From contig JAUSED010000001.1 of NCBI GenBank assembly GCA_030650425.1, forward strand, positions 1 through 58,649: a stretch of DNA of 58,649 nucleotides, written 5' to 3'. The DNA is from Candidatus Omnitrophota bacterium. Lineage in GTDB: Bacteria; Omnitrophota; Gorgyraeia; Gygaellales; Profunditerraquicolaceae. The position numbers were made by a program, and so were the translations under genes. The notes below the pieces were generated by a model. That model was given only the letters and a program-made list of their open reading frames with translations. It was not told the origin of the DNA and made no database searches. The stretch's first letter is position 1. The number at the start of each line of letters is the position of its first letter. Of the stretch, positions 29,131 through 36,636 are shown in pieces.

Positions 29131-30267
29131 ATGGAAGCCTTAAGCGCTTTATGGACCTTTCCGGCGATTATTTTAGCCGCCCTGCTTATTTCTTGGGGGG
29201 CGGAATGCGGGCAATTTTTTATTTCGCAAGGTTTAGCCTTAGCTGTCTTGGCTTGGGTGCAAACCCTTCCCGAATTTGCGGTGGAAGGAGTAATCGCCCT
29301 GTCAGCGGCTAAAGATCCCTCCAAGCTCCACCTTATCACTGCTAACTATACAGGTTCTTTAAGATTATTCGTCGGCTTAGGCTGGCCAATGGTTTATTTC
29401 ACCGCCTACTTCTTTAGGAGGATGAAAGCCGGAGGTAAAGGGCCGTGGAGCATAAAATTGGATGACGAACATTCCGTAGCCGTGCTTTCGCTTCTTCCGG
29501 CCTTACTTTATTTCTTAGTTATTTATTTTAAAGGCACACTAAATATTCTTGATGGGATTATTTTAAGCGCCATTTATTTTAGCTATCTTTATCTTCTGTC
29601 GAAGATACCTCCTCATGATCAAGAGGAAATTGAGGATTTAGGCCGCATACCTAAATTTGTGATGCGCAAGAGATACCCGTTGAATGTCATTTGGATAGCG
29701 ATTTTTTTCTTCTTGGGCGCTGTTATCCTATATTTCTCCGCGCATCCTTTTCTTAACTCCATGCTTGCTTTAGCTGTTAGTTTCGGCATCTCACAGTTTG
29801 TTTTTGTGCAGTGGGTAGCGCCTTTCTTAAGCGAATTTCCCGAGAAGCTTTCAGCTTTTTATTGGGCCAGAAAAGTGAATAAGGCCTCGATGGCGCTGGT
29901 TAATTTTGTCTCTTCTTCTATTAATCAATGGACTATCCTTGTGGCGCTCATTCCGTTTATTTATTCTTTCGGGATGGGAAGGGTTGCTGCCGTTGTCTTT
30001 GACGAACATCAAAAAGTAGAGATACTGTTGACGATTATCCAGTCCTATTTAGGTTTCTTGTTTTTGGTGAGCATGGATTTTAAATTTTTTGAAGCCGCCG
30101 CGTTATTTTTACTATGGCTGGCGCAATTTCTGGTTCCCGGCATACGCCAGGAAATTATCTGGGTTTACGGCGCTTGGGCTTTAATCGAAACTCTGCGTCT
30201 GATAAAAGGCCTTAAGCAAAGAAACGCGTTCAGGGTTTTCCTCCAGTTGGCTAAGAAACATTTGTAG
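29131..30267 (+). CDS. Multi-pass membrane protein, possibly a CaCA-family cation antiporter
   Basis: About 10 hydrophobic segments. WVQTLPEFAVEGV and SSSINQWTILVAL loosely resemble the two alpha-repeats (GxSxPE / GSNxxN). Weak assignment. Confidence 0.35.
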   Translation: MEALSALWTFPAIILAALLISWGAECGQFFISQGLALAVLAWVQTLPEFAVEGVIALSAAKDPSKLHLITANYTGSLRLFVGLGWPMVYFTAYFFRRMKAGGKGPWSIKLDDEHSVAVLSLLPALLYFLVIYFKGTLNILDGIILSAIYFSYLYLLSKIPPHDQEEIEDLGRIPKFVMRKRYPLNVIWIAIFFFLGAVILYFSAHPFLNSMLALAVSFGISQFVFVQWVAPFLSEFPEKLSAFYWARKVNKASMALVNFVSSSINQWTILVALIPFIYSFGMGRVAAVVFDEHQKVEILLTIIQSYLGFLFLVSMDFKFFEAAALFLLWLAQFLVPGIRQEIIWVYGAWALIETLRLIKGLKQRNAFRVFLQLAKKHL

Positions 30268-30285
30268 AAAAAAAGGAAAAAAAGT

Positions 30286-30311
30286 GACCGTTTCTATTTA
30301 TAGAAACGGTC
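30286..30311 (+). terminator. Palindromic hairpin after the membrane-protein gene (GACCGTTTC family)
   Basis: GACCGTTTCTA-TTTA-TAGAAACGGTC. One arm is repeated, inverted, at 30586-30599. Confidence 0.45.
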
Positions 30312-30327
30312 CCAAGTTTTTATGTCC

Positions 30328-30356
30328 TTGATAATTTAGTCGGCTGTTGTTATAAT
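30328..30356 (+). promoter_or_regulatory. Sigma70-type promoter with extended -10 for tRNA-Leu
   Basis: TTGATA (30328-30333), 17 nt, TGtTATAAT (-10 at 30351-30356). Confidence 0.6.
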
Positions 30357-30382
30357 CACAGTTGATTGATAGATTAGATTAC

Positions 30383-30463
30383 GCGCGGGTGGTGGAATGG
30401 CAGACACGCAAGCATGAGGGGCTTGTGCCGCAAGGCTTGGGGGTTCAACTCCCCCCTCGCGCA
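30383..30463 (+). tRNA. tRNA-Leu (GAG), type II
   Basis: Acceptor GCGCGGG/CTCGCGC, anticodon arm CAAGC-ATGAGGG-GCTTG, variable arm, T-arm GGGGG-TTCAACT-CCCCC. Confidence 0.8.
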
Positions 30464-30482
30464 CTAATTAAAACAGGGCGTT

Positions 30483-30577
30483 CAGGGGACACTTTCCGTC
30501 AGGGCTCTAATGAAAGCCTCAAAAGGAAAGTGTCCCCTTCAGGCTAAGTAAACGCGTGTAGGAAAATGTCCCCTACT
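30483..30577. repeat. REP-B element (GGGGACACTTTCC ... GGAAAGTGTCCCC palindrome plus tail)
   Basis: The 30483-30538 core is about 54/56 identical to the reverse complement of 52260-52316. The tail 30543-30577 matches the reverse complement of 46407-46440. Confidence 0.85.
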
Positions 30578-30634
30578 ATGAAAAAATAGAAACGGTCACT
30601 TTTTTTCTTTTTTGCTTCTGTCATTTTTGGAAGC

Positions 30635-31570
30635 CTATCTATCTTCCACTCGCCTGTCTTTTACGTAGTTGCTTCTTTCAAGGCTCTTGGCATAGGCTTT
30701 AAGCTCTGCGCCTATTTCGCCGATCTGCCCCACGTGGGTAATTTTACGGAATTCATTCGTGACTATGCCGATAGAGATGGAGATCAGCGGGATTTTCTGC
30801 TCGAGCCCCTGCCGGTCTTTACCTAGTATATAGCCATTTTTTCTATCCTTCTCGTTATAAAAGGAGGGGACAAGGTTTTCAAAATCCATAATTATCTTTC
30901 GGCATAATATATCGATTTTATCAAGAGTTGTAATGATCACAAAATCATCGCCGCCGATGTGGCCGACAAAATCATCGTGGTTTCCGTTTTCTTGCGTGGC
31001 GCGGATAAGCAGCCGGGCGGTTTCACGGATTACTTCGTCCCCGTGCTCAAAACCGTATTTATCATTGTAAGACTTAAATTTATCCAAGTCCAGGTAACCT
31101 ATGGCAAATAAGGATTGTTCTTCTATGCGTTTGGAGAGTTCTTTTAAAATCGAAACGTTTCCGGGAAGACGGGTCAGGGGGTTTGCCTCAAGGTCGCGTT
31201 CGGTATGCCGTAAAATCATACGGATGTGCGCCATTAATTCTTTCGGTTCAAAAGGCTTGACCACATAGTCGTCTGCCCCGGCGTCAATACCGTCAACCTT
31301 ATCTTTAATCTCGCCTTTGCCGGTAACCATAATAATCGGTAAATGCCTCAAAAGCAGGTCATTTTTTATCCTTCGGCACACCTCGCGGCCGTCGACTTTG
31401 GGAATCTTATAATCCAGCAAGATAAGATCCGGTTGATTATCGTGGATGACTTTTAAAGCCTCTTCTCCGTCACCGGCTTCCAGTATCTCGTAGTTTTCTT
31501 CGGAGAGAGTAAGCTTTAATACATCCCGGATATCCGGATCGTCGTCAACAATGAGTATTTTTATTCCCAT
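30635..31570 (-). CDS. Response regulator: REC domain plus GGDEF-family domain with a GGDDF motif
   Basis: REC: ILIVDDDPDIRD..DLILLDYKIPKVDG..MVTGKG. GGDEF domain: LTRLPGN..YLDLDKFKSYNDKYGFEHGDEVI..GHIGGDDFVII. Confidence 0.85.
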   Translation of the reverse strand: MGIKILIVDDDPDIRDVLKLTLSEENYEILEAGDGEEALKVIHDNQPDLILLDYKIPKVDGREVCRRIKNDLLLRHLPIIMVTGKGEIKDKVDGIDAGADDYVVKPFEPKELMAHIRMILRHTERDLEANPLTRLPGNVSILKELSKRIEEQSLFAIGYLDLDKFKSYNDKYGFEHGDEVIRETARLLIRATQENGNHDDFVGHIGGDDFVIITTLDKIDILCRKIIMDFENLVPSFYNEKDRKNGYILGKDRQGLEQKIPLISISIGIVTNEFRKITHVGQIGEIGAELKAYAKSLERSNYVKDRRVEDR

Positions 31571-31576
31571 AGATAT

Positions 31577-33049
31577 TTAGGTTACTGCCGGCAGGGCGAA
31601 GCTAAAAGTTGAGCCTGCGCCGGGCGCGCTGGTTACCCAGATTTTTCCGGAGTGGGCCTCAATAATATGTTTTACCAGGGCTAATCCTAAACCCGTTCCT
31701 TTAACCTCTTGATTTATCGTGTTATCTACCCGGTAAAATTCGTCGAATATAGCCTGGTGCGCCTCTTCGGGAATGCCGCATCCAGTATCAATTACATCCA
31801 CTTGTACCATTTTATCTGTTTTTAGGCTGCGTATAGTTATTTTACCTTCAGGCGGGGTGAATTTCATCGCGTTCCCGATAAGGTTGATCAATACGCGCTC
31901 GATTTGCGTACAATCAGCCAAAACCGAGTTCGCCTCAGGGTTGATTCCAATATTTAAATATAACTTCCTTTCTTTTAATTGTCCAGCTAATAAATCTTCT
32001 ACCTTAGCGGCTATTTCTTTCAGGCCGCAGATTTCCGTGCGCATGGCCACCTTTCCTGATTCGATACGGGATATGTCTAGCAGTTCATTGACCATATGCA
32101 CAAGCTCGTCGCTATGCCGGTTAATTTTTTCCAGGCGTTCATGCACCTCTTTGGGTAAATCGCCTAATTTTCCGGTGAGCAGTATCGCCGCGTAACCCTT
32201 GATAGAGGTAAGAGGAGTTCTTAACTCATGTGAAACACTGGAGACGAAGTTAGTCTTATTCTCGCTTATCTTTTTAACTTCTTCCAGCGCCGTGGTTAAT
32301 TCCCGGGTCCTTTCGCTTACCTTTTTCTCCAGTTCCTGCTGGCTGCGCCATATCTTTTCAAATAGGCGGGCATTTTCCAAAGACTGAGCCAGCTGCGTAG
32401 CCAGTATTTTAAGCAGTTCTTCATCTCCCTCGGTAACCTGCGTTTCTATATTTTGTGTCCCGGCAAAAATCAATCCTTTATTAACCTGTTGGGGCGCAAG
32501 AGGAGAGATGATAAAAGAACTTACCTTAAAAACCTCATTTAATTGCTCGGGGCTGATTAAATTATTGGATGCCGAGATAGAGGAGAGTGTCCTTTCGCCC
32601 ATGATAAAATTAGCGCAGCGCTCTTTGTTGCTGTTCATGAAAGATGCTATGGGCTTGATTTCTTCTTCCGCGTATCCTATGCTGAAACGCAGAGTAAATT
32701 GTTTTTTCTCGTCGTCCCAGAGAAAACCGAAGGCCTTTTCAAATCCTAATTCTCCCAAATATTCCGGCTGGATGCGTTTAAAGATCTGCTCTTCCTCGAG
32801 GGTCATGCTGATGATGTGGGATAATTTCTGAATCGCATATAACCCCGAAATTTTCTTATCTAACTCCTCCTGTATTTTATTGAGCTCCATATCCGTGCGC
32901 ACGATCAGCTTAGCCTGTTCATCCATATCATCTAGGGATTTCTTCAGCTTGTCGGTTTGCGCGCGCAATTGATCCATTCCCTTCATCTTATAGATAAGCA
33001 TCAGGGAGAGCGGTATGGTGGTTAAGGCGTAGATTAAAAAAATAAGCAT
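31577..33049 (-). CDS. Sensor histidine kinase (TM, coiled coil, GAF-like, HisKA, HATPase_c)
   Basis: H-box SHELRTPLTSIKGYA, N-box LINLIGNAMKFT, G-boxes DTGCGIP and GTGLGLALVKHI. Confidence 0.88.
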   Translation of the reverse strand: MLIFLIYALTTIPLSLMLIYKMKGMDQLRAQTDKLKKSLDDMDEQAKLIVRTDMELNKIQEELDKKISGLYAIQKLSHIISMTLEEEQIFKRIQPEYLGELGFEKAFGFLWDDEKKQFTLRFSIGYAEEEIKPIASFMNSNKERCANFIMGERTLSSISASNNLISPEQLNEVFKVSSFIISPLAPQQVNKGLIFAGTQNIETQVTEGDEELLKILATQLAQSLENARLFEKIWRSQQELEKKVSERTRELTTALEEVKKISENKTNFVSSVSHELRTPLTSIKGYAAILLTGKLGDLPKEVHERLEKINRHSDELVHMVNELLDISRIESGKVAMRTEICGLKEIAAKVEDLLAGQLKERKLYLNIGINPEANSVLADCTQIERVLINLIGNAMKFTPPEGKITIRSLKTDKMVQVDVIDTGCGIPEEAHQAIFDEFYRVDNTINQEVKGTGLGLALVKHIIEAHSGKIWVTSAPGAGSTFSFALPAVT

Positions 33050-33051
33050 GT

Positions 33052-34242
33052 TTATTCCGCGATGGCTAACACCACAATCGAATTATTATGAAAATAACTT
33101 TTTCCTAAATTACTGTAATTGGTGGAAGCCAGAGGCGCTTGTTCCGCGGATGTGTAGATGCCGGCCAAAGGCACCTCTTCTCCCAATGCCGCCTGCACAA
33201 TTTTAATCTCTTGTCCTGCCAGCCTTCCCAATAGAGCATACCTCGATGAAGAATTTAATACAAGAGCAAATTTAACTTTTTTCCCCCGTAGGTTATTCAT
33301 TGCTGTTTGGGCCGCCTGCCTTGCGCTGGAGAGACAGGCTTCCTTTGAACTAATCATCAGCCTGATGGAGCGCCCTTCCGGAGTTTCTCCCCGGAAAATA
33401 AGAGAGCCGTCATTTTTTATTGAGGAAACACTTCTTAATAGGTATTCTTTTTTTTCAGAGACAGCTATACCCAGCGGATAAAATACCGAGATGCGCTTTA
33501 ATTCTCTTTTTAATTCGGGGATTTCTTTAGCGAAATATTCTTTATAGAGATTGACTGCCGCTACTCCGTCTATTTCATTTACCGTATCGAGCCCTGCCCG
33601 GGTAATTTGGCGGGGTTTCCCTAGCGGCTGCCAACCATGTTCTATCCCTAAGCCAAAATTTAGTTTCCCTCCCCAGAGTATGCCGCAAGCCGCGTCATTT
33701 AATAACTCAGAGCCGCAATATACGCTATTTTCTTGATGCTCAGCAGCCTTTGGCAGAGAGCCCCCTACCAAAGGAAAACTGCTCCCCAATTTTTCCTGCA
33801 TCCCTGTGACAAGGTTTGAGGAGCCCGCTGTATCGGTAGAGGAGAATACGACGCTTAAGTTGCGGTGGACATCCTTGCATCCGTATAAGAGTTTTTCTCC
33901 TAACTCTTCTCCGGCGGCAAACGCGGTTTTTACAGCTATGTCCTTAACGCAGGCAGCGTTAAAATAAGCGCCTTCGCCGAGGCTAAAAAGTATAAGCATC
34001 AGGCCGTGTCTCAGGGGCCCAAGGCTGGAGATGATGCTTGTACTGCTGGCGCCAAGGAGGGGGATGGGGCCGATTAGCCGCGCGGTTGTTTGTAATACCA
34101 GCGGATGGCTAAATTCTAGGGTAGTGAAAAGGAGGGCAAAGTCAATATTCGGCGCGTTTATAGAGATCTTGGCTTTCTCAACAGCTTCTTTAGCTGCTTT
34201 GATGTAGTCTAGCTCTATGCTCACGCCGATTCCTACTCGCAT
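33052..34242 (-). CDS. FIST-domain signal-sensing protein
   Basis: FIST_N/FIST_C-like pattern (PNIDFALLFTTLEFS..PLLGASSTSII..FPLVGGS..). Start moved from GTG 34260 to ATG 34242 because 34250-34278 reads as its promoter. Confidence 0.7.
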   Translation of the reverse strand: MRVGIGVSIELDYIKAAKEAVEKAKISINAPNIDFALLFTTLEFSHPLVLQTTARLIGPIPLLGASSTSIISSLGPLRHGLMLILFSLGEGAYFNAACVKDIAVKTAFAAGEELGEKLLYGCKDVHRNLSVVFSSTDTAGSSNLVTGMQEKLGSSFPLVGGSLPKAAEHQENSVYCGSELLNDAACGILWGGKLNFGLGIEHGWQPLGKPRQITRAGLDTVNEIDGVAAVNLYKEYFAKEIPELKRELKRISVFYPLGIAVSEKKEYLLRSVSSIKNDGSLIFRGETPEGRSIRLMISSKEACLSSARQAAQTAMNNLRGKKVKFALVLNSSSRYALLGRLAGQEIKIVQAALGEEVPLAGIYTSAEQAPLASTNYSNLGKSYFHNNSIVVLAIAE

Positions 34243-34249
34243 GTTTTGT

Positions 34250-34278
34250 ATTATAAACACTTTATCCTATAGGGTCAA
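34250..34278 (-). promoter_or_regulatory. Sigma70-type promoter placed for a leaderless FIST-HK-RR transcript
   Basis: On the minus strand: TTGACC (34278-34273), 17 nt, TATAAT (34255-34250), then 7 nt to the ATG at 34242. Confidence 0.5.
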
Positions 34279-34327
34279 TAAAATTATTGACTAAATTGTT
34301 TCCTATAGTAGAATACTTTAGAATCTG

Positions 34328-34358
34328 GGGACCGTTTCCCCTAAAGGGAAACGGTCCC
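34328..34358. repeat. Palindromic hairpin (GGGACCGTTTCCC family) just upstream of tRNA-Glu
   Basis: GGGACCGTTTCCCCTAAAGGGAAACGGTCCC. Confidence 0.7.
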
Positions 34359-34373
34359 TGGTTACCTGGTTAT

Positions 34374-34448
34374 GGCCCCATCGTCTAGCCTGGTCTAGGA
34401 CGTCAGCTTCTCAGGCTGTAAACACCGGTTCAAATCCGGTTGGGGCTA
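34374..34448 (+). tRNA. tRNA-Glu (CTC)
   Basis: Acceptor GGCCCCA/TGGGGCT, D-arm TCGTCTAGCCTGGTCTAGGAC, anticodon loop TTCTCAG, T-arm ACCGG-TTCAAAT-CCGGT. Confidence 0.8.
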
Positions 34449-34523
34449 TTTGAATAAAAAATTCTCTTGATATTCAACGTAGTTTATGATAAGTTTTATA
34501 ATAACCTTATTAAAGGAGGATTA

Positions 34524-34766
34524 ATGCGCGAACACTTGGGTTTTTTAAAGACATCCAGCATAGTAGTAAAAATCGCCGCCTGGATTTTTTTATTTTTCGG
34601 AGTAGTAGGCGGGTTATCGATTATTTTTGGGGCTGTAGCCGGCAATCCCCGCTGGATGGGCGCCGTAGTCTTGGTAGTTTATACGTTTTTTTTCTTTTTT
34701 CTTTTTCTTCTTGCCAAGATCGCCGATCTATTGATTCGTATAATCAACGAGATCAAGAAAGAATAA
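34524..34766 (+). CDS. Small two-TM membrane protein
   Basis: Start set to the ATG at 34524, preceded by AAAGGAGGA. Hydrophobic IAAWIFLFFGVVGGLSIIFGAV and VVLVVYTFFFFFLFLLA. Confidence 0.5.
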   Translation: MREHLGFLKTSSIVVKIAAWIFLFFGVVGGLSIIFGAVAGNPRWMGAVVLVVYTFFFFFLFLLAKIADLLIRIINEIKKE

Positions 34767-34769
34767 AGA

Positions 34770-34800
34770 GATTGCTTCGCCCCGCGGGGCTCGCAATGAC
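34770..34800. repeat. REP-A unit (reverse orientation)
   Basis: GATTGCTTCGCCCCGCGGGGCTCGCAATGAC. It generates the spurious MLRPAGLAM extension of the next ORF. Confidence 0.8.
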
Positions 34801-34819
34801 TAAATTAAGGAGGTACAAA

Positions 34820-35728
34820 GTGAGGCGTAATATTATACTCTGCATAGGTTTGAGTTTATTGCTTAGCGTTGTTTTAGGATGCGGGAAGTTGGGCATTCCG
34901 GCCGGCCGCAAGCTGGAGGTAAAACTTTCCCCGCAGGCTGCCCAGCCAAAAGGCCCGATCGTCGCTAAGGTGAATAATATTTCCATAGGCTTGGATGATT
35001 TTAATCAGGAAGTGGATATCTATAACGCCAATGTTCCTCCTGAAAAGCCGGAGCTTAAGCTTGCTACGCGCGAGCAGAAGATTAATTATCTCAAAAATGA
35101 AATAGTGCGCAGGACGCTTTTGTATCAGGACGCTTTGGATAAAGGGTTGGATAGGAATGAAGATGTAGTTAGGGCTTTGGAAAAGACCAAAATGGACCTT
35201 TTGGTATTGCAGTTGATTAAAGATGTCACGCAAAAGGTAGATGTGTCTTCCAAGGAGATCGAAGATTATTACAATACTTACAAAGAACAATTGAAAGAGC
35301 CGGAAGAGAGGCAGCTTCGCGAAATCGTGCTTACCAGCGAACAGGATGCCAAGGATATATTGATCCAGCTCTTGCAGGGAGGGGATTTTGCCACTTTAGC
35401 CAAGGATCGTTCGCGTTCAGCCAGCGCCAAAGACGGAGGTGATCTGGGTTTTATCAAGAAAGGGGTAAAGTCGGCGCAGTTTGACGCTGTAGCTTTCTCC
35501 GACTCATTGGAGATCGGTAAGATCAGCAGTATTTTTAAGGCCCCTGACGGATATTATATCATCAAACTGGAAGCCAAGCGCGGCGGAAAACAAAAGCCGC
35601 TCTCCGAGATGTGGGATGATATTAAGCGCGGGTTGACTTTCTTAAAACAACAACAGATGGTCGAAGATCTAATCGGTAAACTTTCTCGCGAAGCCAAAAT
35701 TGAAATCAACGAAGGGGAGATTAAATAG
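34820..35728 (+). CDS. PpiC/parvulin-type peptidyl-prolyl isomerase lipoprotein (SurA/PrsA-like), first gene of the Tad-like operon
   Basis: GTG 34820 lies 6 nt after AAGGAGG. Lipobox LLSVVLG-C. Parvulin domain (REIVLTSEQDAKDIL..GGDLGFIKKG..APDGYYIIKLE). The stop overlaps the cpaB start. Confidence 0.8.
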   Translation: MRRNIILCIGLSLLLSVVLGCGKLGIPAGRKLEVKLSPQAAQPKGPIVAKVNNISIGLDDFNQEVDIYNANVPPEKPELKLATREQKINYLKNEIVRRTLLYQDALDKGLDRNEDVVRALEKTKMDLLVLQLIKDVTQKVDVSSKEIEDYYNTYKEQLKEPEERQLREIVLTSEQDAKDILIQLLQGGDFATLAKDRSRSASAKDGGDLGFIKKGVKSAQFDAVAFSDSLEIGKISSIFKAPDGYYIIKLEAKRGGKQKPLSEMWDDIKRGLTFLKQQQMVEDLIGKLSREAKIEINEGEIK

Positions 35729-36636
35729 TGCCAATAGAAAAACAAAAACTTATTCTTATCAGCGGTATAGCTTTAGGGTTGGTGGTGGTAGTGATGGTGA
35801 AGATGTATTTAGACCAGCAGCAGCAAGCTGTCCGGGAACAGGCAAAGAAGGCGATTGCCAATATGCAGGTTAATCAAACCGCAGTCTTAATCGCCAAACA
35901 GGATATCCCTAAGGGCAGCATGATAGAATCAGCTCCTTTGGATACCTCGGTTGTGCCGAATAAATTTGTTCAGCCGCAAGCAGTTACCTCATTAAGCAGG
36001 ATTTCCGGGATGATTACCGTCGCGGATATCTCCCAAGGTGAACAAGTAACCCTGACCAAGCTGGCTACTTCTAAGCAGGCTGGAGGAGATCTGGCGGGGC
36101 TCACTCCCGCGGGTAAAAGGGCGATCTCTATCGCGGTGGATAATCTTTCTTCTTTGGCGGGGATGATCAAGCCGGGTGATTATGTAGATGTTATTGCTAC
36201 GCTGCAGATTCCGATGCAAAATGCCGAAGGACAGCAGGGAAGCCAGATCGCGGTACTCTCATTATTCCAGAATGTTTTGGTTTTGGCAATGGGGCAAAAT
36301 ACCGGCGGCCCGGTGGCCAGCCGCGGCAGGGGAGAAACTGTCGAAACCACCGGAGGCGGAGTAGCGCCGCTGGTTACTTTAGCTTTAACCCCTCAAGAAG
36401 CAAGTTTTGCGGCTTTTGTTCAGGAGCAGGGGAAAATTCGTTTTACCCTGCGCTCTCCGGCGGATGCTAAAATTGAACCAATTACACCGGCCAACCTAAA
36501 TACACTTTTTCAATATATTATGCCGCAGCAGCAGGCTCAGGCCGTAAGTCAAGAAACTCAGGAAGAAGAACCTAAGATTGAAACAATTGAAATCTACCGG
36601 GGAGCAAGCAAAGAGAGAATCCCCCTGTCTAAATGA
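35728..36636 (+). CDS. cpaB: Flp pilus assembly protein CpaB/RcpC
   Basis: N-terminal TM, SAF-like domain (VLIAKQDIPKGSMIE), RcpC region (GKRAISIAVDNLSSLAGMIKPGDYVDVIATL). Confidence 0.85.
   Translation: MPIEKQKLILISGIALGLVVVVMVKMYLDQQQQAVREQAKKAIANMQVNQTAVLIAKQDIPKGSMIESAPLDTSVVPNKFVQPQAVTSLSRISGMITVADISQGEQVTLTKLATSKQAGGDLAGLTPAGKRAISIAVDNLSSLAGMIKPGDYVDVIATLQIPMQNAEGQQGSQIAVLSLFQNVLVLAMGQNTGGPVASRGRGETVETTGGGVAPLVTLALTPQEASFAAFVQEQGKIRFTLRSPADAKIEPITPANLNTLFQYIMPQQQAQAVSQETQEEEPKIETIEIYRGASKERIPLSK

Noticed and set aside
30362-30547. 61-aa plus-strand ORF
   Set aside because: It reads through tRNA-Leu(GAG) and a REP-B element and is not a plausible gene.
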